Source: an uncultured bacterium
GTDB lineage: Bacteria > Verrucomicrobiota > Lentisphaeria > Oligosphaerales > Oligosphaeraceae
Direction: 5' to 3'
DNA: 64,000 bases
Assembly: GCA_900548225.1 (NCBI GenBank)
Contig: URJM01000002.1
Coordinates: 4,848-68,847, forward strand
In this document: one piece after another, positions 26,077 through 35,523 of the stretch
Numbering within the stretch: position 1 is the stretch's first letter
Layout: each line of letters begins with the position of its first letter
Program-made: the position numbers and the translations under genes
The notes under the pieces: model-generated
What the model was told of the DNA's origin: nothing
What the model saw: the letters and a program-made list of their open reading frames with translations, nothing else
Databases searched by the model: none

Positions 26077-28455
26077 TTATATGACTGTTGCCACGATGTG
26101 GACCTGGCTTCCTGGGGCGGGGTGCCTTACGAAATCGCCGTCGATTTCCTTGCCGTCCACCGTCAGCTGGACGCCTGGCCCTGTCTTGTGTTCCGGGTTG
26201 CGCACTTCTATATGGTATCTGACTCCCGCCATTGTGCGTTCCATGCTGTATCCCTCCCATTCGGCGGGGATGCATGGGATGATTCTCACTCCGTCCTTCA
26301 CGGGGCGGACTCCCAGGAGGAACTCCGTGGCCGTGCGGTAGATCCATGATGCGCCGCCCGTGAGGTGCGAGAGGGCTGCCTTTCCGAAGGATGCGTTGTC
26401 TGGGCCATAGCACCATGATGCGAAGGCGTATGGTTCCCGCTCGTAGAGGTCCGCGTCCTCGGCGCGGCGGTTTGGCATGATGTGGTTGAAATACTCCCAG
26501 GCGCGCCGGGCATTCCCCTGCTTGGCTTCGGCGATGATGGCCCAGGTGTTCGCATGGTAGAAGAGCCCCCCGTTTTCACCCGCGCCGGGGACGTTTCCGC
26601 AGTAGCGCTCCCCGTCCAGCAGTCTGGTGAAGGGCGGCTCGTAGAGGCGCAGTCCGTATTGGCTGTTCAGGTGTTCGTAGACACTCTCAAGCGCCTGGCG
26701 GACATGGGCCGGGTCCAGCGTCCCCGCAATGGCGGCCCAGGTCTGTGTGTTGAGGAAGAGCTGTCCCTCCTCATTCGCCTTGCCTCCCATGTAGTCATGC
26801 GGGAAGAGGAGCCGCCGGTACCATGCGCCGTCCCACACAAGCGGGCTTTCCAACGCCTTTGTGAACTCCTGGATTTTCCCCTCCAGGTAGGCGCGCTCCT
26901 CCGTCTCGGATTCGTCCAGCAGGCCCAGGAGCACCTTTGCCGCCACGATATACTGCTCGGCCACCATGATGCTCTCACCGCTGTCCAGGATGGCGCTGAC
27001 CACCACCAGCTGGTCGTTCCAGTCGCAGTCGAAGAGCTTCGGCAGCCCGTGTGCGCCCGTCTGCTCGCCCGTGAAGTGCATTCCGCGAAGCAGGAGCCCG
27101 ATGACGGTGGAGGGATCGCCCTCGTAGTCCGGCACGGGATGCCGCAGAAATCCCCAGTCGCCTGTCTCGCAGACGTATTTTGCCACTGTGAAGACGCCCC
27201 ATACGATGGAATCGCACCGGATGTAGTCCGGGGTGTCGCACTTGAAGGTGGACGGGTCGATGTTGCGGGTGCACTGGCCGCTTCTGCGTATGGAACGCAT
27301 CAGCAGGAGGATGTTGTCGCGGGTTTCCTCGGGGAAGAAGAGTATCCCCGACATGATGTCCTGCATGGTGTCGCGGAAGGCCTTGGATGTGTGGCAGCCC
27401 GTATGCCTCTGGGAGATGGATCGTCCGCAACGCATTGTGGTCTTGATGTTCTTGGGAAGCCACACGTTCAGCATTTCGTTCAGTCCGGCGTCGGGGGTCT
27501 TGACCTGGCACCGGTCAAGCCTCTCCCGCCACCACGCCTCGAAGTCCGCAGCCGCCTCGTCCACCGCCGCGAAATCGTCGTATTTCCGCAGGAGCGCCGC
27601 CGCATCCTCCAGATTTGGGCTGGCTGTCAGCTTGACGATGACGCGTTCCGATGCGCCTGGCGCCAGTCTGAAATCCAGGCGGAGGCATCCGCAGACGCAG
27701 AATCCTGCGCCGGGGACCTCGGAGTTGTGGAGTTCCCCCGTGTCCAGCGCCTCGGGGCTGGACTCCGCACGGCAGCGGCCAATGAACTTGTCGCGGCTCA
27801 TCTCGTAGGATGAGAAGGGCTTGGAGGCATTGAAGAGGGTGTATCCCTTGTGAATCGCCTCGTAGGCGAAGTAGTCCAGGCGCAGCGCTCCGACCCCCTT
27901 GTCGTAGAATCCAGTCATCTGGTTGCCGCAGAAGTGGAAGAAGAGGACTTCCTTCTGCACGTCCCGCATGGCGAAGTCCTGGTATGGATAGGCGGAGAAG
28001 ACCGCCTCTTCCTTGCGGTGGTTCGTGAATGTGATGTCCCAGAGCATCACCGGGTCCTTTCTGGGAATCATGTAGCGGACCTTCACGCCAATGCCGTTCT
28101 TTTCGGAATCGAAGGTGGTGTAGTAGAGGCCGTGGCGGCACTCGTAGCGGTCCAGCGGAGTCCTCGTAGGCATGAAGGAGGGCGTCCAAAGTTCACCCAT
28201 GTCCCTTATGTATAGGAAGAAGCCAGGGTTGTCCTCGGGCTGCGCCATGTACTGGTAGCGCGTCAGGCGCCCGGTGTGGGGCTGCTTGTACCAGACCGTC
28301 CCGCCGGCGCGGTTGGAGACGAATGCGTCCATGTCTGAGACGCCTCCCAGGTAGTTGATCCACGCCCGGGGCGTCAGCGGCGAGGTGATTACGTATTCGC
28401 TTTTCTCAGAATCGAAATAGCCGTAGGGGTTGCCCTTGCTCTTCTCGGCGTCCAT
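26077..28455 (-). CDS. GH94 glycoside phosphorylase (cellobiose/cellodextrin phosphorylase-like)
   Basis: N-terminus YGYFDSEKSEYVITSPLTPRAWINYLGG closely matches the cellobiose phosphorylase N-terminus. About 793 aa from the internal ATG at 28455; the longer track ORF adds 72 implausible residues. Confidence 0.85.
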   Translation of the reverse strand: MDAEKSKGNPYGYFDSEKSEYVITSPLTPRAWINYLGGVSDMDAFVSNRAGGTVWYKQPHTGRLTRYQYMAQPEDNPGFFLYIRDMGELWTPSFMPTRTPLDRYECRHGLYYTTFDSEKNGIGVKVRYMIPRKDPVMLWDITFTNHRKEEAVFSAYPYQDFAMRDVQKEVLFFHFCGNQMTGFYDKGVGALRLDYFAYEAIHKGYTLFNASKPFSSYEMSRDKFIGRCRAESSPEALDTGELHNSEVPGAGFCVCGCLRLDFRLAPGASERVIVKLTASPNLEDAAALLRKYDDFAAVDEAAADFEAWWRERLDRCQVKTPDAGLNEMLNVWLPKNIKTTMRCGRSISQRHTGCHTSKAFRDTMQDIMSGILFFPEETRDNILLLMRSIRRSGQCTRNIDPSTFKCDTPDYIRCDSIVWGVFTVAKYVCETGDWGFLRHPVPDYEGDPSTVIGLLLRGMHFTGEQTGAHGLPKLFDCDWNDQLVVVSAILDSGESIMVAEQYIVAAKVLLGLLDESETEERAYLEGKIQEFTKALESPLVWDGAWYRRLLFPHDYMGGKANEEGQLFLNTQTWAAIAGTLDPAHVRQALESVYEHLNSQYGLRLYEPPFTRLLDGERYCGNVPGAGENGGLFYHANTWAIIAEAKQGNARRAWEYFNHIMPNRRAEDADLYEREPYAFASWCYGPDNASFGKAALSHLTGGASWIYRTATEFLLGVRPVKDGVRIIPCIPAEWEGYSMERTMAGVRYHIEVRNPEHKTGPGVQLTVDGKEIDGDFVRHPAPGSQVHIVATVI

Positions 28456-28623
28456 GGTGATGTTCCTTGTTTTTGGTGTGATGAATCGGACAATGCGAAA
28501 AAACGTGGATTCGGCCAAATATAATTCCTTAGAAATCGGAGGCTGCCCCCCAATGTCCCATGATTCCGGGGGCCAGGCACGCCGCGCTTCACGAAACCCT
28601 CGCCACAAATATTCCGTCTTGTC

Positions 28624-28651
28624 TTGAAATGACTTGAACCCGATGTATATT
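28624..28651 (+). promoter_or_regulatory. candidate sigma70-type promoter for the str operon (TTGAAA-N16-TATATT)
   Basis: Lies 65 nt upstream of the rpsL ATG. Confidence 0.4.
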
Positions 28652-28715
28652 AAGCGACTGCACTTGACCATACCCCTTTTTTGTCCCCATATAATAACAT
28701 CAGGAATCCTGTTGA

Positions 28716-29117
28716 ATGCCTACTATCAACCAATTGATCCGTAAAGGTCGCTCCGTGAAGCCCGCGAAGAGCCGTGTGCGTGCACTCGAGAAGTGCCCGC
28801 AGCGCCGTGGCGTCTGCATGCTGGTGACCGTCCGTACTCCCAAGAAGCCGAATTCCGCGCTGCGCAAGGTCTGCCGCGTCCGTCTGACCAATGGCCAGGA
28901 AGTCACCGCATACATCGGCGGCGAGGGCCACAACCTCCAGGAGCACAGCGTCGTGCTGGTCCGTGGCGGCCGTGTCCGTGACCTCCCCGGTGTCCGCTAC
29001 CACGTTGTCCGCGGCAAGCTTGACACCCTCGGTGTTGACAAGCGCCGCCGTGGCCGTTCGAAGTACGGTGTGAAGCGTCCGAAGGCAGGTGCCGCCGACG
29101 CCAAGAAGAAGAAGTAA
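28716..29117 (+). CDS. rpsL: 30S ribosomal protein S12
   Basis: [12 protein letters not shown]...[11 protein letters not shown] hallmark sequence. Confidence 0.97.
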   Translation: MPTINQLIRKGRSVKPAKSRVRALEKCPQRRGVCMLVTVRTPKKPNSALRKVCRVRLTNGQEVTAYIGGEGHNLQEHSVVLVRGGRVRDLPGVRYHVVRGKLDTLGVDKRRRGRSKYGVKRPKAGAADAKKKK

Positions 29118-29148
29118 TTTCAGGAACACGGAGAATTTCTAAGGTACT

Positions 29149-29616
29149 ATGAGAAGACGTCAGGCTGTCAAGCGCGCTCTGATTCCGGATGTGCGCTATA
29201 ACAACGAGCTGGTCGCCAGGCTGATCAACACGATCATGCTGTGCGGCAAGAAATCCACCGCCCAGAACATCGTCTACGGCGCATTCGACCTCCTGAAGGA
29301 GAAGCGCAACGATGTGGAGCCGCTGGACCTTTTCCTTGGCGCCCTTGAGAACGCGAAGCCGCGCCTCGAGGTCAAGAGCCGCCGTGTCGGCGGTGCCACC
29401 TACCAGGTGCCCCTGGAAGTCCCCGCAAGCCGCCAGGTCGCCCTGGCAATGCGCTGGCTGGTGACCTACTCCCGTGGCCGCAAGGGCATGGATACCTGCC
29501 ACGCCCTCGCCGCAGAACTGCTGGATGCCTACAACAACACGGGCAACACCATCAAGAAGCGCGACGACGTCCACAAGATGGCCAACGCCAACAAGGCCTT
29601 CGCGCACTTCCGCTAG
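29149..29616 (+). CDS. rpsG: 30S ribosomal protein S7
   Basis: Canonical S7 sequence, 155 aa. Confidence 0.95.
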   Translation: MRRRQAVKRALIPDVRYNNELVARLINTIMLCGKKSTAQNIVYGAFDLLKEKRNDVEPLDLFLGALENAKPRLEVKSRRVGGATYQVPLEVPASRQVALAMRWLVTYSRGRKGMDTCHALAAELLDAYNNTGNTIKKRDDVHKMANANKAFAHFR

Positions 29617-29758
29617 TCTTGACCCCTTCCCCGATGCCCTGCCTTCAATTCCGCTGGCAGGGCGTCTTCTGTAATCGCCTCCGCACCGCCTTCCCCAAGG
29701 CGGTCGGAATACCGGCCCCGGGAATCACCCTCCCAAGGCCGACGGAAACCCGCCTGCG

Positions 29759-31819
29759 ATGGATGAGCCCAGTGATTTCATCCGAAATTTCGGCATCATC
29801 GCCCACATCGACGCAGGCAAGACCACGTTGACGGAGAGGATTCTCCACGAGACTGGCCAGCTTCGCGTGTGCGGGGCGGTCGAGGACGGCACCACCGTCA
29901 GCGACTACCTGCTGCAGGAACGGGAGCGCGGCATCTCAATCGTCAGCGCGGCAGTGACCTGCCCGTGGCGCGGATACCAGCTCACGCTTCTGGACACGCC
30001 GGGGCACATCGATTTCACGGCCGAGGTGGAGCGTTCGCTCCGCGTCATGGACTCCGCAATCGCGGTCTTCTGCGCAGTGCGCGGCGTCCAGGCCCAGTCG
30101 GAGATGGTCTGGCGGCGCGCCGCCGGATACGGCCTCCCCGGGCTTGCCTTCGTAAGCAAGCTCGACAGGGAAGGCGCCGACTTCGAAGGCGTCCTCGCCC
30201 AGATGGGACGCCTCTTCGGAAAAACCAGGCCGCTCCCCCTGGCGAGGCCGATAACGGACCCCCGGGGAAGACTCCTCGGAATCCTGAACCTCCTCACCGG
30301 AGAACTCTACGGCCCCGCCGACGAGACACCCCCCGAAGAGGATGTGGAACTCGCACTCTGGGACGGACGGAGGATCCTGCTGGAGACTCTCGCCGAGTGC
30401 CAGGACTCGCTGCTGGAGGATTACCTCGCAGGGCGGTTCCCCGACCGCGGCGCGCTGGACATGGCAATCCGGCAGGCAACGCTGAAGAACCAGGTCATCC
30501 CGGTCCTCTGCGGCTCCTCGAAGGAGGGCTGGGGGGTGAGGACACTGCTGGACGCAGTCGTCTCATACCTCCCGTCGCCGGCGGAACGGATGTCCTCCCC
30601 CTGGGGGCGACGGACTTTCCCCGCTCTTGGCGAGAGCTTCCTTTCGCCGAAGGGCAGGCCCTACGCGGTCATGACCGCAGTCAAGCTTGTCAGGTCCCCG
30701 TGGCCTGGCGACTACCTGGCGGTTCGCCTCTACAGCGGCACTGTCGAGGCTGGAATGCTCCTGCGGGACGCAAACAGGGAGCTCTCCTGGAGAGTGGGGC
30801 GCGTCTGGAGGCTGCGGGCCTCCGATGCAGAGGAAATCCCATCCGCCTCCTCGGGCGAAGTGGTGGGACTCGCCGCAACCCCGGAAGAACCCCTCCCCGC
30901 AATCCGCGCAGGGGACACGCTCCTCGAAGACGGAGCCCCCGTCCTCAGGCTCGCGAAGATGAAGTTCCCGGAGCCAGTCCTCTCCCTCGTCCTGGAGGGA
31001 GTCGACGCGGATGACAGGAAAAACCTCCCGAAGGCACTCGAGGCCCTCGCGGAAGAAGACCCTACAATCCGCTGGAAGAACGGACCGAGGGACGGACAGT
31101 GCACCGCCTCCGGCCTCGGAGAACTCCATCTCCAGGTCGTCAGGGAAAGGCTCAAGTCCGAATACCGCGTCAAGACGCGGGCGGGCGCCCCAATGGTCGC
31201 ATACAGGACCACGGTCGCCTCAAAGTGCCGTCTGGAACGGGAGTTCAGACGACAGCTCTCGCCGGCCCTCACGGTCCAGGCAAGGGTCGAAGTAGAATTT
31301 GAGCCGCTGCCACCAAACAGCGGCGCAGTGGTGGAGTTCCCCTTCAGGGAGTCCACCACGCTGCCTCTGGAATGCTGCGAGGCAATCCAGCAGGCCACAA
31401 CGGAATTCGTCGATGGCGGAAACCCCACGGGCTACCCATTGACGAACACGCGCATCACAGTCCTGGAGGTGTCCAGCGTCTCGCCAGACACTTCCGAACC
31501 GGTGTTCTTAACCGCAACACGCCTGGCTCTCGTCGATTCACTCGAAGAGGCCGGCGAAGTCGTGATGGAACCTGTGATGCGGCTCGAAGTGAGCTCTCCA
31601 GCCGAACAGATCGGCGCCATCCTGAACGACCTCTCCGCCCGAAGGGCAAGGGTCCTGCAGGTGGATGCTCTGCCAGGAGGGGGATCTCGCGCAGTCGCTC
31701 TTGTCCCAATGGTCGAAATCGTCTCCTATGCCACCGCCTTGCGGTCAATCTCCGCAGGACGGGCGCTGTTCACCGCCGAGCCCGCGGCATTGGAGAAACG
31801 GCCCGGACAAGACAAATAA
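29759..31819 (+). CDS. elongation factor G-like translational GTPase (divergent, 686 aa)
   Basis: G-domain motifs [14 protein letters not shown] and SKLDR in the fusA position of the str operon. The rest is clearly more divergent from canonical EF-G than the neighbouring ribosomal proteins are from their orthologs. Confidence 0.85.
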   Translation: MDEPSDFIRNFGIIAHIDAGKTTLTERILHETGQLRVCGAVEDGTTVSDYLLQERERGISIVSAAVTCPWRGYQLTLLDTPGHIDFTAEVERSLRVMDSAIAVFCAVRGVQAQSEMVWRRAAGYGLPGLAFVSKLDREGADFEGVLAQMGRLFGKTRPLPLARPITDPRGRLLGILNLLTGELYGPADETPPEEDVELALWDGRRILLETLAECQDSLLEDYLAGRFPDRGALDMAIRQATLKNQVIPVLCGSSKEGWGVRTLLDAVVSYLPSPAERMSSPWGRRTFPALGESFLSPKGRPYAVMTAVKLVRSPWPGDYLAVRLYSGTVEAGMLLRDANRELSWRVGRVWRLRASDAEEIPSASSGEVVGLAATPEEPLPAIRAGDTLLEDGAPVLRLAKMKFPEPVLSLVLEGVDADDRKNLPKALEALAEEDPTIRWKNGPRDGQCTASGLGELHLQVVRERLKSEYRVKTRAGAPMVAYRTTVASKCRLEREFRRQLSPALTVQARVEVEFEPLPPNSGAVVEFPFRESTTLPLECCEAIQQATTEFVDGGNPTGYPLTNTRITVLEVSSVSPDTSEPVFLTATRLALVDSLEEAGEVVMEPVMRLEVSSPAEQIGAILNDLSARRARVLQVDALPGGGSRAVALVPMVEIVSYATALRSISAGRALFTAEPAALEKRPGQDK

Positions 31820-31835
31820 CCAGGAAGAACAGGAC

Positions 31836-32147
31836 ATGGCTAACAAGCAGACCATCCGCATCAGGCTCCAGGCCTTCGAAAACACGATCCTGGACCAGTC
31901 CACAGCGGACATCGTCGGTACCGTCAAGCGTACCGGCGCACAGGTGGCAGGACCAATCCCACTGCCTACCAAAATCGAGCGATTCACCGTGAACCGCTCC
32001 CCCCATGTTGACAAGAAGTCCATGGAGCAGTTCGAAATCCGCACCCACAAGCGGGTCCTCGATATCATCAATCCCTCCGTCCGCACAGTCGACGAGCTCA
32101 GAAAGCTCTCGCTGCCTGCAGGTGTCGAGATCGTCATCAAACTCTAA
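31836..32147 (+). CDS. rpsJ: 30S ribosomal protein S10
   Basis: Internal ATG ([11 protein letters not shown]...) inside a longer track ORF. Canonical S10. Confidence 0.95.
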   Translation: MANKQTIRIRLQAFENTILDQSTADIVGTVKRTGAQVAGPIPLPTKIERFTVNRSPHVDKKSMEQFEIRTHKRVLDIINPSVRTVDELRKLSLPAGVEIVIKL

Positions 32148-32165
32148 GCCAGGGAGACAACTGAA

Positions 32166-32801
32166 ATGAAAAAAGGTCTCATCGGCAAAAAGCTGGGAAT
32201 GACGCAGATCTTCAACGAGAAGGGAGCACTCATCCCCGTCACTGTCATCGACTGCGGACCCTGCACCGTCATCACCGCGAAGACCGTGGAGAAGGACGGA
32301 TACAGCGCACTGCAGCTGGGCTTCGGCAAGCGCAAGGCCAAGAACGTCTCAAAGGCGGTCCTGGGCAATGTGAAGGCGGCAGGCCTCGAAAACAATCCTC
32401 CTGAAGTCATCAAGGAAATCCGCCTCGACGCAGATCCGACCCAGAAGGCCGGCGATGTGCTGAATGTGGATATCTTCGCTGTGGACGAGTTCGTGGATGT
32501 CTCCGGCACCACCAAGGGCCGCGGCTTCCAGGGCGTTGTCAAGCGCTGGCGCTTCGCCGGCGGCCGTGAAACCCACGGTGGCGCCTGGACCCGCCGCACC
32601 GGTTCCATCGGCATGTGCGAAAAGCCAGGCAAGGTCATGAAGGGACACCCGATGCCCGGACACATGGGCAGCGTGACCCGCACAACCCAGAACCTGAAGG
32701 TCGTGGGCGTCCGCCCGGAGGAGCATCTGCTTCTCGTCAAGGGCGCGATCCCTGGAGCGAATGGTGGTGTGGTCTGTGTCCGCAGCGCCGTCAAGAAATA
32801 A
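32166..32801 (+). CDS. rplC: 50S ribosomal protein L3
   Basis: Canonical L3, 211 aa. Confidence 0.95.
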   Translation: MKKGLIGKKLGMTQIFNEKGALIPVTVIDCGPCTVITAKTVEKDGYSALQLGFGKRKAKNVSKAVLGNVKAAGLENNPPEVIKEIRLDADPTQKAGDVLNVDIFAVDEFVDVSGTTKGRGFQGVVKRWRFAGGRETHGGAWTRRTGSIGMCEKPGKVMKGHPMPGHMGSVTRTTQNLKVVGVRPEEHLLLVKGAIPGANGGVVCVRSAVKK

Positions 32802-32819
32802 CCTGGGAGGATGCCAATT

Positions 32820-33449
32820 ATGTCTAACCTCAATATCCTGAATCAGCAGGGTGCCGACACTGGCGCCCCCGCAGTCATCGAGGAGAGCTGGCTGGTGCGC
32901 GACAAGGGTGAGCAGGCAGTGAAGGACGCCGTGGTGGCCTTCCTTGCGGCTCAGCGCAGCGGCACCGCCTGCACCAAGAACCGCGCCAAGATGAGCAGCC
33001 GTTCCCAGGCGAAGCCCTGGAGGCAGAAGGGAACCGGCCGCGCACGCAGCGGCGGCAAGAGCAGCCCAATCTGGAGGGGCGGAGCAGTGGCCTTCGGACC
33101 AGTCCCCCGCGACTACTCCAAGAGCGTCAACAAGAAGGTCCTCAAGCTGGCACTGCGCCGCGCATTCACTGACCGCCTCGACGACGGAGACGTGATCGTG
33201 GTCGATGACATCGCCTTCGACACCCCGAAGACCAAGGAGATGAATGCCTTCCTCAAGGCAATCAACGCAGGAAGCGACGCACTGGTGCTGGTGGACGACT
33301 ACACCGAAAACCTGGATCTGGCGGCGCGCAACCTCCAGCAGGTCCTCGTCCTGAAGGCGACCAGCGTCAATACCTACCTGATGCTCCTCTTCAAGAAGAT
33401 CGTCATCACCAAGGCAGGCCTGGCTAAGCTGGGTGAGCGTCTCGCATAG
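32820..33449 (+). CDS. rplD: 50S ribosomal protein L4
   Basis: KPWRQKGTGRAR motif. Start chosen at ATG 32820 (MSNLNIL), 9 nt after RBS GGGAGG. Confidence 0.9.
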   Translation: MSNLNILNQQGADTGAPAVIEESWLVRDKGEQAVKDAVVAFLAAQRSGTACTKNRAKMSSRSQAKPWRQKGTGRARSGGKSSPIWRGGAVAFGPVPRDYSKSVNKKVLKLALRRAFTDRLDDGDVIVVDDIAFDTPKTKEMNAFLKAINAGSDALVLVDDYTENLDLAARNLQQVLVLKATSVNTYLMLLFKKIVITKAGLAKLGERLA

Positions 33450-33451
33450 GA

Positions 33452-33754
33452 GTGACAACGATGGACAAATCCTTCAATCCATACGATGTGGTTTACACCG
33501 TTCTCATCACCGAGCGCGGCACGAACCTGACCGACAAGTTCAACAAGTACCTCTTCAAGGTCAATCCATCCAGCAACAAGGTTGAGATCAAGGCCGCTGT
33601 CGAGGCGATCTTCCCCGAAGTCAAGGTGTCCGCCGTCAACACGATGAACATCCTTGGCAAGTCCAAGCGGATGCGTTCCGCCAAGATGGGCAAGCGCCCT
33701 GACTGGAAGAAGGCTGTCGTCACGCTCTCTGAGGGCAAGATCGAGTTGCTCTAA
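33452..33754 (+). CDS. rplW: 50S ribosomal protein L23
   Basis: Canonical L23, 100 aa. Confidence 0.95.
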   Translation: MTTMDKSFNPYDVVYTVLITERGTNLTDKFNKYLFKVNPSSNKVEIKAAVEAIFPEVKVSAVNTMNILGKSKRMRSAKMGKRPDWKKAVVTLSEGKIELL

Positions 33755-33781
33755 AGTCACTCACACAGGAGAAACCTAATA

Positions 33782-34612
33782 ATGGGAATCAAAGCATACA
33801 AGCCTACCAGCCCTGGACGGCGTGGAATGGTGGTGAGTGACTTTTCCGAGCTCACCCGCCGCACTTCCGAGAAGTCCCTCACCGTGGGCAAGCACTCCAC
33901 CGGTGGCAGAAACAACTACGGCCGCATGACCGTCCGCTTCCGTGGCGGCGGCGTCAAGCGCTGCTATCGCATCATCGACTTCAAGCGCTACGACAAGGAC
34001 GGAGTGCCCGCGAAGGTCGCCGAAGTCGAATACGACCCCAACCGCACCAGCCGCATCGCGCTCCTGCACTACGCGGACGGCGAGAAGCGCTACATCCCCG
34101 CGCCTGTCGGCGTCAAGCAGGGCGACGTTCTTGTGAGCGGCCCCACCGCTGACTTCAAGCCAGGCAACAACATGCCCATCGCCAACATCCCCGATGGCAT
34201 CAACATCCACTGCATCGAACTGGTCCCCGGAAAGGGCGCACAGCTCGCACGCGCAGCGGGACAGTACGCCATCCTCCGCGCAAAGGAGAATGGATACGCA
34301 CAGGTCCGCCTGCCCTCCGGTGAGGTCAGACTGATCAATGTCAAGTGCCGCGCCACCATCGGCCAGGTCGGAAATGTCGAACACTCCGACATCAAGCTCG
34401 GAAAGGCAGGCAAGTCCCGCTACCTCGGATTCCGCCCGCACGTCCGCGGTGTCGTCCAGAACCCTGTCGACTCCCCAATGGGAGGCGGCGAAGGACGCGC
34501 CTCCGGCGGTGGACACCCACAGTCGCCTTGGGCACAGCTCTCAAAGGGCTTCAAGACACGCAATCCAAAGAAGCAGTCCAGCAACTTCATCGTCTCCAGG
34601 AGGAAGAAGTAA
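33782..34612 (+). CDS. rplB: 50S ribosomal protein L2
   Basis: Canonical L2, 276 aa. Confidence 0.97.
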   Translation: MGIKAYKPTSPGRRGMVVSDFSELTRRTSEKSLTVGKHSTGGRNNYGRMTVRFRGGGVKRCYRIIDFKRYDKDGVPAKVAEVEYDPNRTSRIALLHYADGEKRYIPAPVGVKQGDVLVSGPTADFKPGNNMPIANIPDGINIHCIELVPGKGAQLARAAGQYAILRAKENGYAQVRLPSGEVRLINVKCRATIGQVGNVEHSDIKLGKAGKSRYLGFRPHVRGVVQNPVDSPMGGGEGRASGGGHPQSPWAQLSKGFKTRNPKKQSSNFIVSRRKK

Positions 34613-34882
34613 ATGTCCAGAAGTATCAAGAAAGGACCTTTTGTTGACGACTCCCTCCTGAAGAAGTCGGAGGCGGCAACAAAGAGCGGCAAGAAGGACG
34701 CCATCAAGACCTGGAGCAGACGCTCCACCATCCTTCCCGAATTCGTCGGACAGACCTTCGCCGTCCATAACGGCAAGACCTTCGTCAACGTCTTCGTGAC
34801 CGAAAACATGGTCGGACACCGCCTCGGCGAGTTCTCCGCCACACGACTCTTCCGCGGACACGGCCAGATCTCTGGCAAGTAG
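34613..34882 (+). CDS. rpsS: 30S ribosomal protein S19
   Basis: Canonical S19. The ATG abuts the rplB stop. Confidence 0.95.
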   Translation: MSRSIKKGPFVDDSLLKKSEAATKSGKKDAIKTWSRRSTILPEFVGQTFAVHNGKTFVNVFVTENMVGHRLGEFSATRLFRGHGQISGK

Positions 34883-34904
34883 CAGCAGAAGAACCCCACA
34901 ACGC

Positions 34905-34942
34905 AAAAGCGCCGCCTGGCTTCAGCCGAGCGGCGCTTTTGC
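34905..34942 (+). terminator. rho-independent terminator immediately after rpsS
   Basis: Stem aaaagcgccgc/gcggcgctttt followed by a T-run. It ends the ribosomal operon where rplV would be expected. Confidence 0.6.
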
Positions 34943-35029
34943 TATTCAACCATTTCATGCCAGATTACTTTTCATGGGGTAGGGGAGATGGATGAGGGAG
35001 AAGAAGGTATTTTGCCGCGGGCCTCTTTT

Positions 35030-35295
35030 GAACCACGAATGCACACGAATGCACACGAAAAAAGAAAAGATAGTTTGAACCACGAAAAGCACGAAATACA
35101 CGAAAAAGAATAAACAGTTTGAACCACTAATGGACACTAATGGACACGAATGGACACTAAAAATCATTTTAAACCACGAAAAGCACGAAATACACGAAAA
35201 TAAAACATTTTGAACCACGAATGGACACGAATGGACACGAAAAATATAAAAACAGTTTAAACCACGAAACACACGGAAACAATAAAATATTCGTG
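35030..35295. repeat. tandem array of about 6 degenerate units of about 45 bp ([g/a]aaccacgaa...cacgaaa... A-rich ...ttt), the same family as 8159-8510
   Basis: Read directly. Shares the motifs gaaccacgaatggacacgaatgg and cacgaaaaaagaaa with the rnpB-adjacent array. Confidence 0.85.
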
Positions 35296-35355
35296 CCCCT
35301 CCCCCTCAATGGACGCGCGGCGGAATCGCCGTGCGGGCGCGCCCACGCGCGCCAA

Positions 35356-35523
35356 CCACGCACTACTTTCTCCCTTCTTCTCCCTACTCCCTACTTTGGA
35401 AGCCCACTGCAAAGTGTCCACGCACTACTTTCTCCTTTCTTCTCCCTCTTCCCTACTTTACGGGCTCGCCCACGCGCGCCATCCACGCACTACCTTCTCC
35501 CCTCTTCTCCCTCCTCCCTACTT
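35356..35523. repeat. three copies of a 41-bp pyrimidine-rich repeat (ccacgcactac[t/c]ttctcc...ccctactt) separated by 21- and 24-bp spacers, overlapping the stop of the adjacent minus-strand gene
   Basis: Copies are about 93% identical. A purine-rich segment of loosely similar composition occurs in the opposite orientation at 34977-35010. Confidence 0.75.
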
